64,000 nucleotides of DNA. It comes from Candidatus Fraserbacteria bacterium (GTDB taxonomy: Bacteria; Bipolaricaulota; Bipolaricaulia; RBG-16-55-9; DRXL01). The stretch covers positions 1 through 64,000 of the forward strand of contig CAMTVK010000006.1 in NCBI GenBank assembly GCA_947085185.1, read 5' to 3'. Under the pieces are notes generated by a model. The model ran no database searches. It had not been told where the DNA came from and was given only the letters and a program-made list of their open reading frames with translations. The position numbers were made by a program, and so were the translations under genes. Below, piece after piece: positions 1 through 9,422 of this stretch (positions within the stretch are counted from its first letter, which is position 1; every line of letters starts with the position of its first letter).

Positions 1-16
1 AAGGATGTAGAGCTTT

Positions 17-1042
17 ATGGTCAAGTATGCACTCTTATCGTTGGGTGTAGTAGGGCTGCTGGTGCTGGGGGAGGGGCTCGTGCCGCAGCACCCTGGGGCT
101 AGAGGCCAGCAAGAGCGGTTTGTTGTGCGCGTGCCTGAGGAGTTTCCTACTATCCAAGCAGCCATTGACGCAGTGGCCGAAGGGGGCACGGTGCTCATCG
201 GGCCGGGGACTTATCAAGAGAACCTGAAGATCACTAAGAGCCTGCGCCTGATAGGTGCCAGCCAGGGAGCCGTCATCATAAAGCAGCTTGACAGTTGGGG
301 ACCTCCTACCATTGACGTGAAGAATAAAGAGCGGCCTATCCAGGTCTACCTGGCAAACTTCACCGTGAAGCCTTATGGAGAATTTGGGATTCATTTACAG
401 GCAAGTCAGGTAATTGTGCATCAGGTGACCATCTCGGATTATCCGTATGGATTGGCTGTTTTAGGAGGAAGTGTCATCCTCTCGAGGGTTTCAGTCCATG
501 ATAATGGGGTGGGCGTTTGGAGTTTAGCGGGCTCTCTCGCTGTGAGTAATTCTGTCTTCCATGACAACAATGTTGGGATAAAGAACTTCATAGGAGAGCT
601 TAATGTTGAATTAAGCATGTTTGCGCGCAACTTCGTAGCGATAGTGATGTCAGATTTTGGTCCTTCGAGTGGAGGAGGGTGGGTAGGAAGCCTATCGTCG
701 AATGCGATTACTGGCAATACAGTGGGCCTCTATCTTGCTCTGGGGCCAAGCTCTAGCTTTCAAGAGCGCTTGAAGGCAGCTAATCAGCCTGAATCGGGGC
801 CAGCTCTGATTAGCATATCCAATAACGAAATCGTTGGGAATACCAGATATGGGATAGCCCTGGCGCACTCGGGATGTTTGGATGAGACGGAGCAAGATGT
901 TATTCTCTATCCATTCTCTTTGCTCCCTGCTGACCAGAAGGTGCTGATAGCGTTTTTGGGTGGGAACAATAAGATTCGCGACAACGGCAAGGGCGATCTC
1001 TGCCCACCCGACCATCCCTGGCCGCCGGGGTTCCGAAAGTAA
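17..1042 (+). CDS. Secreted right-handed parallel beta-helix (pectin lyase-fold/NosD-like) protein
   Basis: Signal-peptide-like N-terminus; VPEEFPTIQAAIDA...GPGTYQENLKI motif; repeated N-x-V-G beta-helix turns; AAGGA upstream of ATG. Confidence 0.75.
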   Translation: MVKYALLSLGVVGLLVLGEGLVPQHPGARGQQERFVVRVPEEFPTIQAAIDAVAEGGTVLIGPGTYQENLKITKSLRLIGASQGAVIIKQLDSWGPPTIDVKNKERPIQVYLANFTVKPYGEFGIHLQASQVIVHQVTISDYPYGLAVLGGSVILSRVSVHDNGVGVWSLAGSLAVSNSVFHDNNVGIKNFIGELNVELSMFARNFVAIVMSDFGPSSGGGWVGSLSSNAITGNTVGLYLALGPSSSFQERLKAANQPESGPALISISNNEIVGNTRYGIALAHSGCLDETEQDVILYPFSLLPADQKVLIAFLGGNNKIRDNGKGDLCPPDHPWPPGFRK

Positions 1043-1096
1043 GAAAACGGAGGGATAGGGAATGACCTCTAGTCGCTATGGCTAGGAAGACCCTGT

Positions 1097-1273
1097 ATGG
1101 CATTATACTTCGGCTCGCTTGACAAGCATCTCTATGCCTTGAATTCAAGCAGCTTGGGATTGGCAAACTCCTCCTGGCCAATGTTCCACCATGATCCTCA
1201 ACATACTGGGCGAGTCTCTGGATCTGAACAGGGTTGCCTAAGACAGACTCTTCATACAGATACCAAGGCTTGA
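1097..1273 (+). pseudogene. 58-aa ORF or remnant resembling the C-terminus of a PQQ-like beta-propeller protein
   Basis: Hand translation MALYFGSLDKHLYALNSSSLGLANSSWPMFHHDPQHTGRV...; not in the ORF track; in-frame TAG at 1070 upstream; overlaps murF 3' end. Confidence 0.55.
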
Positions 1274-2652
1274 CGCGAGAGCGCCTCGAACACCCTCTCC
1301 AAACGCATCCCCCGCGACCCCTTCACTAAGACCAAGCATCGCTTGTCGTTTCCCAAGCGCAGGACTTGTGCAGCTTCGTCCGCAATCGAGAGATGCTGCA
1401 CAGGAATGCCAATACACGCAGCTTCTTCACCGATATATCGGGCGTACTCCCCAACAACGATGAGCCGATCAGGGCGCACACACTCTGTGGCAAGAAATCT
1501 CCCAATCTCGCGATGAGCCCGCTCGCTCAGCGCTCCTAGCTCCAGCATATCGCCGAGCACGAAGATCAGCGTTTCGTCGGGATCGCGAATCTGGGCAGCA
1601 CAGAGAAGTGCTTCGCGCATCGAAGCGGGGTTGGCGTTGTACGCATCGTGCAGAACGGTGATAGCCGTGTCCGGGATCGAAACGACCTGGAGCCGCCCCC
1701 ACACAGGGCGAGCGTTCCTCAGCCCGCACCGGATCTCCCCAAACGAAAGCCCACAGAGCTGTGCAACAGCCGTCGCCGCGAGGGCCGCAAGGACCGCAGG
1801 ACGCCCCAAGAGCGCAATATTCAGCTCGTTCTGCCACTTGGGGCTTCTAAGCCAAAACGTCGTGCCGGAGCGCGTCAGAGCAATTTCTTCAGCGACGAAG
1901 TCGTTGTGCGGCGCAAACCCGAATGTGAAGAGACGGCCCTTGGTCTTGCGACGCGCAACCGCGAGCACGTGGGGATCGTCGCCGTTGACGAGGGCGATCC
2001 CATCAGAAGGGAGCGCCTCAAGAAGCTCTGTTTCGGCTTCGATAACCGACTCGAAGCTGCCCAGCGTCTCCAGATGTTCTTCGGTGATGCTTGTGAGCAC
2101 GCCGATCTTAGGAGGAGTGATCGCACAAAGCTGTGCGATCTCCCCCAGGGCAGTCGTGCCCATCTCCAGCACGAGCATCTCAGTATCTTCGGGAGCGTTA
2201 AGCACGGTGAGGGCCAGCCCAATCTCAGTGTTTTGGTTGCTCACTGTCGCATGGGTGTGAAATCTTTGAGCGAGTACTTGGGCGATCAGCTCCTTCGTAG
2301 TGGTCTTGCCGTTGCTGCCGGCGACGGCAATGACGTGCGCATGAAGTCTTTGAGCAGCCCATCGGGCGAGATCGCGCAGAGCACACGCCGTGTCACGCAC
2401 CCGAATCGCAACAGCAGATGACGGCACAGCAAGGGCTTGGTCACGCTGGCAGAGAAAGCCCGCAGCTCCCCGCGCAAGTGCATCTGAGATGAACTCGTGG
2501 CCGTCGCGCCGCGCCCCCACCAACGGCACAAAAAGCTCTCCTACACGAACCGTGCGGGAGTCAATCGAGACCCCGTCACACGGCATCTCCGGCGAGCCGT
2601 GCACGATAGTCCCGCCCGTCGCGCGAGCGATCTCTCTTGCTGCAAGTTTCAC
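1252..2652 (-). CDS. murF: UDP-N-acetylmuramoyl-tripeptide--D-alanyl-D-alanine ligase
   Basis: IDSR, AGSNGKTTTKE P-loop, DAYNANPASM, LGDMLELG, VKGSRGMRLE motifs. Confidence 0.95.
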   Translation of the reverse strand: MKLAAREIARATGGTIVHGSPEMPCDGVSIDSRTVRVGELFVPLVGARRDGHEFISDALARGAAGFLCQRDQALAVPSSAVAIRVRDTACALRDLARWAAQRLHAHVIAVAGSNGKTTTKELIAQVLAQRFHTHATVSNQNTEIGLALTVLNAPEDTEMLVLEMGTTALGEIAQLCAITPPKIGVLTSITEEHLETLGSFESVIEAETELLEALPSDGIALVNGDDPHVLAVARRKTKGRLFTFGFAPHNDFVAEEIALTRSGTTFWLRSPKWQNELNIALLGRPAVLAALAATAVAQLCGLSFGEIRCGLRNARPVWGRLQVVSIPDTAITVLHDAYNANPASMREALLCAAQIRDPDETLIFVLGDMLELGALSERAHREIGRFLATECVRPDRLIVVGEYARYIGEEAACIGIPVQHLSIADEAAQVLRLGNDKRCLVLVKGSRGMRLERVFEALSRQALVSV

Positions 2653-2658
2653 AATATA

Positions 2659-2667
2659 AGCATAGCA
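2659..2667 (-). promoter_or_regulatory. Extended -10 element (TGcTATGCT) 6 nt upstream of the murF GTG; probable leaderless transcript
   Basis: Minus strand reads TGCTATGCT-tatatt-GTG; no Shine-Dalgarno. Confidence 0.5.
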
Positions 2668-2726
2668 GCAAGCTTACGAGTGAACCTGGACCGACGTCCC
2701 AAGACGCCGGGGATTCCGAGAACTAT

Positions 2727-2756
2727 TTGCCTTCCCATGGGCCGGCGCTCTAAAAT
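2727..2756 (+). promoter_or_regulatory. Sigma70-like promoter for the Omp85-like gene pair
   Basis: TTGCCT-18 nt-TAAAAT, followed by SD AAAGGAGG before ATG 2794. Confidence 0.45.
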
Positions 2757-2793
2757 ATCCCCGAAGATAAGCGAGCCCAAAGGAGGAATCTCT

Positions 2794-3741
2794 ATGCGCG
2801 CACTCGCCCTGATCGTGATAGCTCTCAGCATTTTGATCTGTGGGGGTTTTCTCCCAGCAACAGCGCAGAGCCTCAATCCCGTCATTGAAGGGAACAGCGT
2901 TGATGGTCTTTTGTTGGGGGCCGAGGGGAGCTATAGATTTTTCGGATGGCTGAAGCCGTCGCTGGGGCTGGCCTACGGCCTGCAGAGCCAGAAGATTCGA
3001 TACAAAGCCGGGATAAGCGTCTGGGATGTCACACTATGGGCGCTTGACTGGCCGCGCACGGCGGTCTTGGGACGAGTGGGCGAGAGAGGCCTCAAAGCTG
3101 CGCTTAAGCTCCCGATTCTTCCTATCGTGAGCGGCTTTGTGGGGACGCTGTGGCCCTGGACCCAAGACCCAAACCCGCCTGACGTGGCGTATGTCATGTG
3201 GGAATCCTCACACAATATTCAGATGCCCTTGGGCATCGAGCTTGGGCTTTCCCAGCGGACGCTTGTGGGCTGGTGGCAGCTTGGAGTTCTTCCGTCAGAG
3301 TTTCGGTACACCCAGACCAATCTCTCCGTGCGCTACGAAGCCCTGAGCATGAGCTTCAGCTACGGCACCCTAGAGAATACGAGCAACTTCCCCGATTTTA
3401 TCTTCACTCAAGGCGTCAAGGGCGATAGCGAACTCATTCGGGGGGATCAGTTCTGGTCATTACAATTTAAGCGAGCGTTTGATGTGATGACGATCTCGGT
3501 GCCCTTACTGGTACCGTCGCTGGAGCTGCTTGTTCAAGGAGGGGTCTTCCTCCACGTGAGCAGCGCCGGGAAGCTCGAGCTCCCAAGCGACGAACAACAA
3601 GAGCACAAGAGAGTATGGCAGAACCGGCTCTCGTGGGGAGTGAGCGTGTTGCTTTTGCTCCCTAGAGAAGTCGGCATAAAAGTTCGTCTGGATTTCGTCT
3701 TCATCCGCGATGGGAAGTTCCAGTTTCTCTTCAGTCTCTAA
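2794..3741 (+). CDS. Secreted putative beta-barrel protein, divergent Omp85-like barrel
   Basis: SD AAAGGAGG; signal peptide ending ATA-Q; alternating hydrophobic strands; GVKG...GD, GGVFLH, WGVSV and terminal FQFLFSL resemble an Omp85 barrel C-terminus. Confidence 0.5.
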   Translation: MRALALIVIALSILICGGFLPATAQSLNPVIEGNSVDGLLLGAEGSYRFFGWLKPSLGLAYGLQSQKIRYKAGISVWDVTLWALDWPRTAVLGRVGERGLKAALKLPILPIVSGFVGTLWPWTQDPNPPDVAYVMWESSHNIQMPLGIELGLSQRTLVGWWQLGVLPSEFRYTQTNLSVRYEALSMSFSYGTLENTSNFPDFIFTQGVKGDSELIRGDQFWSLQFKRAFDVMTISVPLLVPSLELLVQGGVFLHVSSAGKLELPSDEQQEHKRVWQNRLSWGVSVLLLLPREVGIKVRLDFVFIRDGKFQFLFSL

Positions 3742-3753
3742 AGGAGGTCCGCT

Positions 3754-6507
3754 ATGATGCGTCGCGCTCTGCTGACGGTCTTTTTGTGGGCTTTGGGCTC
3801 GGTCGTGGGCTTGGCTCAAATCACGATCTTCGATCCGGCGCTTGTGTGGCAACAGCTGGAGACCCCGCACTTTGTGATCGTCTTCCATCAGGGATTAGAA
3901 AATATAGCGCACGAGACGGCAACGATCGCCGAAGAGTCGTACCAGATCATTCAGAAAGAGTTCGGTAAGGCTCCCGCCGAGAAGACGTATATCGTGATTG
4001 CTGACGTTATAGACTCGATCGTCGGCTCGGCGACGCCGATCCCGCAAAATACTATTTATATCGGGCCGGCGCAGATGCGCCTCGCTGACTGGGCCAACGT
4101 CCGTTTAGATAGTTGGCTACGAACGCTCGTCTATCACGAGCTGTTGCACATCATGGACTTGGATATCGCGAGCGGGCCCAATGCGCTCTTGCGCACGATC
4201 TTTGGCAGGATCGCGATCCCTAATATAAATAAGCCCATCCCGTTTATCGAGGGGTTAGCCGTCTACGAGAAATATAAACACTTGGGTGAGTCGCGCCTCA
4301 ACGATGCCAATACCCTGATGATGATCCGCCAGATGGTCCTCGATAACGACATTCCCAGATTCGACGAGATCGCCAGATACTATCATCGTCAGCGCTGGCC
4401 GCACATCGGGTTGCTCGTCTATAATTTCGGCTCGTGGCTCTTGCGCTATATCGAAGAGACCTACGGGCCGGAGAGCATGAAGAAGTTCAATGACGTCAAC
4501 TCAGCCAGCGTGATGAATACTCTCTCGTTGGGCTTCTTTGGTGACAACTTCGACACGATCTTGAAGAAAGCTTTGAAAGAGCCCACCGATGAAGTCTACG
4601 CGGGCTTTCGCAGGTGGCTGCGCCAAAAATTTTCTGCCGAGATCGAAGCGATCACCCGTGAGGGGCTGACGGCGAGCGTGCGCCTGACAACGCTGGGCTG
4701 GCTGACTAGGCAGCCCAGCTGGTCGCCCAACACCACAGAGATCGTCTACCAGCACTATGGGCCGGGGCGCACCAGCATCAGAATCATCAGCGCTGGCGGA
4801 GAGCACGACCGCGAGATTATCTTCGGCAATGGGGAGCTGCCGTCCTTCTCGCCCGACGGACGCTCCGTGCTCTACACCAAGCTCGATCTGGACGGATTCT
4901 ATTACGCATTTGGCGACATCTATCTCTATGATCTTGCGCAGAAGCGCGAGAGACGACTCACTCACGGGGCGCGCGCCTATTTCGCGACGTTCGCTCCTGA
5001 CGGCCAGACGATATACTTTGCCCACCACATCGGGCGCGATGCCAGCACCGCGATCTCCGCGTTCGATCTGAAAACCCAGAAGATCACGCCCGTCAAAGAA
5101 TTTTCTGATAATAGTGTCACCGTGCACTCTATCGCGGTCTCGCCCGACGGCAAAACGCTTGCCCTGTCGCTCTGGAAGCGCGGCGGCTATCAAGATATCT
5201 ATCTCTTGCCCGCCGAGGGCGGCGAGCCCGTGCCCATCACCCAAGACAAGGACGAAGACCTCGATCCCAGCTTCTCGCCCGATGGGCAGTATCTGCTCTT
5301 CAGCTCCGATAGGGGCAACTATCGCGTCGCCAATCTCTATGCGTATAAGTTCAGTGATGGCTCGTTCTACAGAGTCACAAATGTCCTGACAGGAGCGTTC
5401 GATCCCGCCGTCTCGCCCGACGGCAAACAGATCGCCTTCATGGGCTACGGCAGCGACGGATACGATATCCATCTCATGCCCTTCGATCCCCAAAGTTGGA
5501 AGCCCGTCACGATCACCAAAGAGATCCTTCCAGAATGGACCGGCTTCCAGAGGACAAACTTCCCCATCAAGCCCTACGACTTCGTCCCGTCTCTGCTGCC
5601 CAAGCTCTGGCTGCCCTTCAGCGACGGCAAGACCGTGGGGATCGTCACTTTTGGCCAAGACGTCTTGGGAAAACATCTCTATCAGATTGTGACGGGATGG
5701 GATGTTGAGCAGAGCCGACCGTTCTATTTCTTGGACTATCAAATCGCCCAGATACTGCCCGTGCTCGCACTCTCGCTGAGCGACAGCCGCGACGGCAGCA
5801 CGCAAAAAGTCAGCGCCGTGATGCCACTGGCGCTCAGCGTCCAGCAGCAACAGGTGCTCAGAGTAAGCTACAGCCGTTCGCAGCATCCGGCCAAGGAGCC
5901 GGACCACCCAGCTCCCTGGACAGAAGACGCTTACGCTGCAGAGTATAGCTATCAAAGCGTGCGCGGGGCCGATCTCTGGCGCGACACGCTCTCGGTCTCA
6001 GTGCAGGGCGAGCTCATCAGCCCCAGCGACGCTCGGCCCTATCGACGTCTGACTGTGACCCTCAGAGAAATCTTTCGGCTCCCGCTCGCCGAGACGCACA
6101 CGCTCAGTGTAAAATTCATCGGCGGCTGGAGCGACGCCGAAAGAGCCGAAGACGGCTTCTCTATTGGGGGCAGCACGGGGAAGTTCGCGGTGCGGGGCTT
6201 TTCCGAAAAGATTCAGCAGGGCAAGCAAGCTCTGATCTCTACTCTCGAGTACAGATTCCCGCTGGCAACTCTTGAGCGTGGGCTGGGGTACTGGCCGATA
6301 TTCTTTGACGATCTGCGGGGCGGGGTCTTTCTCGATCTGGGGCTTGCAGGGGAGACGCTCGACGTGGGGGTACTGAAGGTCGGCTTTGGTGTCGAGCTGA
6401 GTCTCTCCATGACGACGGGGTATTTTTTGAACTGGGCTGTGCGAGTTGGGGTGGCGCAGGGGCTCGGAGAGCCAAGCCCGCGGTTCTATCTCACCATAGG
6501 GTCATGA
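3754..6507 (+). CDS. Omp85/BamA-superfamily protein with N-terminal zinc metallopeptidase-like domain and TolB-like (PD40) beta-propeller
   Basis: Signal peptide; HELLH...FIEGLA gluzincin-type motif; repeated P-x-F-SPDG blades; C-terminal VRGF...LEYRFPL...GGVFLDLG barrel motifs; SD AAGGAGG. Confidence 0.8.
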   Translation: MMRRALLTVFLWALGSVVGLAQITIFDPALVWQQLETPHFVIVFHQGLENIAHETATIAEESYQIIQKEFGKAPAEKTYIVIADVIDSIVGSATPIPQNTIYIGPAQMRLADWANVRLDSWLRTLVYHELLHIMDLDIASGPNALLRTIFGRIAIPNINKPIPFIEGLAVYEKYKHLGESRLNDANTLMMIRQMVLDNDIPRFDEIARYYHRQRWPHIGLLVYNFGSWLLRYIEETYGPESMKKFNDVNSASVMNTLSLGFFGDNFDTILKKALKEPTDEVYAGFRRWLRQKFSAEIEAITREGLTASVRLTTLGWLTRQPSWSPNTTEIVYQHYGPGRTSIRIISAGGEHDREIIFGNGELPSFSPDGRSVLYTKLDLDGFYYAFGDIYLYDLAQKRERRLTHGARAYFATFAPDGQTIYFAHHIGRDASTAISAFDLKTQKITPVKEFSDNSVTVHSIAVSPDGKTLALSLWKRGGYQDIYLLPAEGGEPVPITQDKDEDLDPSFSPDGQYLLFSSDRGNYRVANLYAYKFSDGSFYRVTNVLTGAFDPAVSPDGKQIAFMGYGSDGYDIHLMPFDPQSWKPVTITKEILPEWTGFQRTNFPIKPYDFVPSLLPKLWLPFSDGKTVGIVTFGQDVLGKHLYQIVTGWDVEQSRPFYFLDYQIAQILPVLALSLSDSRDGSTQKVSAVMPLALSVQQQQVLRVSYSRSQHPAKEPDHPAPWTEDAYAAEYSYQSVRGADLWRDTLSVSVQGELISPSDARPYRRLTVTLREIFRLPLAETHTLSVKFIGGWSDAERAEDGFSIGGSTGKFAVRGFSEKIQQGKQALISTLEYRFPLATLERGLGYWPIFFDDLRGGVFLDLGLAGETLDVGVLKVGFGVELSLSMTTGYFLNWAVRVGVAQGLGEPSPRFYLTIGS

Positions 6508-6580
6508 TGAAGAGCTCCAAGAGGGCGCCATTGTGCTGATCTTTCAGTGTGTAACGAAGCATCCTATGTGAAAGGGGGAT

Positions 6581-6609
6581 TTGCCTTTTCTTAGAAAGCT
6601 CTGTACCAT
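6581..6609 (+). promoter_or_regulatory. Sigma70-like promoter for the small two-gene unit
   Basis: TTGCCT-17 nt-TACCAT, 8 nt before GTG 6618. Confidence 0.55.
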
Positions 6610-6617
6610 AGCAAGGC

Positions 6618-6821
6618 GTGGGGCGGAACAAGCATTTGCGCCAAGTGATTACAGGTCTAGAAGAGCAGATCCGTAAGCATCAAGAGAAGATCACCCAAGA
6701 GTTGCAGAAACCCTATCCCAGCTGGGGGGATATTGAGCACTGGCGCAAGGAAATTGAAGCGTGGCAAGCACGTCTGGATCGGCTATTGTATCGAATTTAT
6801 CGAAGACGTCATCGGAGGTGA
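6618..6821 (+). CDS. Small basic helical hypothetical protein (67 aa)
   Basis: Promoter directly upstream; coiled-coil pattern with KHQEKI...HWRKEI; its 3' end carries the SD (GGAGG) of the next ORF. Confidence 0.6.
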   Translation: MGRNKHLRQVITGLEEQIRKHQEKITQELQKPYPSWGDIEHWRKEIEAWQARLDRLLYRIYRRRHRR

Positions 6822-6827
6822 TCTTTT

Positions 6828-7076
6828 GTGCCGCAAAAGACTAAGATGCGCGAGACGGTGACCGCGAGTCCTCACTTACACTCGAAGCTCCAGGAGATAG
6901 CCCAAGAGTCGGAGAAAGTCTTGGACTTGCTGCGTCGCCTCCAGAAGCTCCCAGTCAAGGAACAGCAAGTTGTGGAGTCAGAGCTTTATGTCGTGCTTGC
7001 CGTGCTGCAAGCGAAGATTACCTCAGCGTTGCGCGAGTGGGATCGCGTCGTAGACGAAGAATTGGCCGAAGACTGA
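6828..7076 (+). CDS. Small helical hypothetical protein with acidic C-terminus (82 aa)
   Basis: SD GGAGGTGA upstream of GTG; amphipathic helices; fills the gap before the convergent S8 gene. Confidence 0.6.
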   Translation: MPQKTKMRETVTASPHLHSKLQEIAQESEKVLDLLRRLQKLPVKEQQVVESELYVVLAVLQAKITSALREWDRVVDEELAED

Positions 7077-7124
7077 TGAACAGTACACACAGCCAGACTT
7101 GCAAGTGATCGTGCTCCTCCAAAG

Positions 7125-8570
7125 TTATTTGGCCTCCATCGCGGCTTTGACAGCAGCCAGCGCGTCCACACGGCCCCAGCCAAAAGAGTTATTCGGTCGG
7201 TCGCCCCCACAGTCGCCGACCTTGGGCTGGGCCGTCTGACGTATGAGCTCTTCTAAGACCTCGACGCGACCCTTCAGGTGCGGCGCAGCCGAGAGCATCA
7301 GCGCTGCAATCCCCGTCACGTGCGGCGCAGCCAGCGATGTCCCCCCAACGCTGAGATAGCTGCCCCCAGGCCTGGGGCCACGAATCCCTACCCCCGGCGC
7401 GCTCACGTCCGGCTCGATCTGTTCAGTACCCCAGAGCGTCACCGGCCCGCGACTGCTGAACGGCGCGATCGTGTCGTCGCGCGTCGTCGCTCCCACCGTG
7501 AACGCCGCTTCGTAGATCGCCGGCGGGTCCATCACCGAGCCGCACCGAGGCCCTTCATTGCCCGCCGCAGCAACAAAGAGAATCCCTCCAGCACGCACAC
7601 GCTCGACTGCTTCTTTCAGAGTATCGGGCTCGCAGCCCTCCTGAGGCGGACAGCCCCACGAATTATTAATGACTTGTGGGGCTTTGCTCGGATCGCCCTG
7701 AGTCATGGGATCTCCATCCAACGGAAACGGCGCGAGAAAGAACTCCATGCACCCAATATAGCGCTCTGGCGTGCCGTAGCCATCAAATTCCATATTGCGA
7801 CAGGCAATCCATTGGGACTCAAACGCTACCCCAGTGCGTATAGACTCTTCATTGCCCACGACAACCCCAAGCGTGAGCGTCCCGTGATCTCCGGGATCAA
7901 CGGGCTCTGGGGAATTCTCTACCGTGTCGAACCAATTATAATTGTGATCGGCTGTCTTGTCTTCGCCGGTGTAGCCCCGATATCGAGTGATCAGCGCGGG
8001 GTGGAGCCAATCTACTCCTGTGTCGGCCCCCGCGACAACGACGCCCTTGCCCGTGATGCCCATCGCCCAAACTTTGTCAGCGTTGATGAGCTTGAGATTC
8101 CAAGGGATCGTGAGCTCTTGGTCGCCGTCTCTGTAAAGAGAGAGTCTTTTCACTCTGGGGTTGAGCTCAATGCGCGCCACGTCCTCTCTGGCTGCAAGCT
8201 CTCGGACTACATCTGCGCTTGCGTTGGGGATCGCGATCATATTGACTATATAGTGAGCGCGATAGGGGATGCCCCGCGCATCAAGCTCGGCGCGCAGGGC
8301 AAGCTGTGAGCGTCGCGCGGTCTGTGTGAGCGCCTCGTAGACGTAGCGGCCACGCTCGAGCTGCGTTGCAAAGTGCTGCGTATCGCCCAACTGAGCTTGA
8401 TCGTTGAGAATGACCAAGACATCGGCGCGTTGACCGTGAGCCAGCGCTGCTTGGACGAAGGGCGTGATCTTCATCAGGGAAGCGGGCGCGGCGCGCTCCC
8501 TAGGGGCTGCCAGCGCAAACGCTACGCCTATCAGGGCTATGACTGCGAGCATCCCGCGAGTCCATCTCAT
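7125..8570 (-). CDS. Secreted S8 subtilisin-family serine protease (bacillopeptidase F-like)
   Basis: Signal peptide and propeptide; triad ADTGVD / HGT / GTSLAAPHV; AAGNEG oxyanion Asn; NNSFGWGRVDA. Confidence 0.92.
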   Translation of the reverse strand: MRWTRGMLAVIALIGVAFALAAPRERAAPASLMKITPFVQAALAHGQRADVLVILNDQAQLGDTQHFATQLERGRYVYEALTQTARRSQLALRAELDARGIPYRAHYIVNMIAIPNASADVVRELAAREDVARIELNPRVKRLSLYRDGDQELTIPWNLKLINADKVWAMGITGKGVVVAGADTGVDWLHPALITRYRGYTGEDKTADHNYNWFDTVENSPEPVDPGDHGTLTLGVVVGNEESIRTGVAFESQWIACRNMEFDGYGTPERYIGCMEFFLAPFPLDGDPMTQGDPSKAPQVINNSWGCPPQEGCEPDTLKEAVERVRAGGILFVAAAGNEGPRCGSVMDPPAIYEAAFTVGATTRDDTIAPFSSRGPVTLWGTEQIEPDVSAPGVGIRGPRPGGSYLSVGGTSLAAPHVTGIAALMLSAAPHLKGRVEVLEELIRQTAQPKVGDCGGDRPNNSFGWGRVDALAAVKAAMEAK

Positions 8571-8576
8571 AGCTGA

Positions 8577-9326
8577 TCACCGTGCGAAGAGCTTGTCGCG
8601 CTCTTTGAGAATTTGAGCGCAGGTCATATTGGGGTCGATGCGCGTCGTGCGGAAGTAGCTATTCTCTGGCTTTGGATCGGGAATGTTCTCGCTTTGGCCT
8701 GCCAATAATGGATTGCTCGCCCCGATGACGACCTGTTCGCTGCCCCACTCGATCAAGCCGTCAATGATCGTCGAGGAGAGCACGGTGCTGCGCAGGCTGT
8801 TCCAGTCTCTTTGAATGATATAGATCTCGCCCTCAATAATGCCAAGCACACTGACACGAATAGTCATGCCCGGTTTTCCGTCCTTGTCTTGGTCGAAGAT
8901 CCTTGGGTCATTGGGGTCAGTGGGCAGGGGATCTCTTTCTGGGTCTTGGAGGCGCACCCCACGAACGATCGTATAGCGTGGCTGGAAGAGCTGCCACGTG
9001 TTCTCGTGAGATTCGAGCCGCGCGGGCTTGGTGGCAATGCCCATATACTTCACGAACGCTTCGGGGAAGATCACTTTGAAGAACGGAGAGCTGCTCTCAC
9101 TGGCGACGCCGCATGGCTCAAAGACGATCGAGAGATCCGTGCCCTTTTGCATCACTTCTAATCGCAGGGTGGAGATCGTCTTGAGGTTGATCGTGCCGAG
9201 CACAGGAGCATTGGTGAGCGAGGACATCACTTGGAGCTGGGCCCACGCCCCAGCAATATCTGGCGGTTGCGCCCCCAGTCCGCTGACTGAGATTATCCCC
9301 ATCAGTATGAAGAGCCATCGGTGCAT
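8577..9326 (-). CDS. Secreted hypothetical protein
   Basis: Start reassigned to MHRWLF (SD-like GAAGGGGTGA); signal peptide; DQDKDGKPG Ca-binding-like loop; co-oriented with the S8 gene 6 nt downstream. Confidence 0.7.
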   Translation of the reverse strand: MHRWLFILMGIISVSGLGAQPPDIAGAWAQLQVMSSLTNAPVLGTINLKTISTLRLEVMQKGTDLSIVFEPCGVASESSSPFFKVIFPEAFVKYMGIATKPARLESHENTWQLFQPRYTIVRGVRLQDPERDPLPTDPNDPRIFDQDKDGKPGMTIRVSVLGIIEGEIYIIQRDWNSLRSTVLSSTIIDGLIEWGSEQVVIGASNPLLAGQSENIPDPKPENSYFRTTRIDPNMTCAQILKERDKLFAR

Positions 9327-9422
9327 AGACGGATCACCCCTTCTCGCAAAGCTGCATTGTAACACAGGCCTTCCCATAGGGCAAGTTTGACTCAGCCCCC
9401 GCCCCAGCGCGTACAATAAACC

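Noticed and set aside
2497..2793. Upstream extensions of several ORF-track calls (also 15304, 16770, 30539, 35797, 37070, 49391, 60524)
   Set aside because: They overlap neighbouring genes; SD sites, stop/start overlaps and homology support later starts.
4501..5955. 484-aa minus-strand ORF
   Set aside because: Shadow of the peptidase-Omp85 gene; no motifs.
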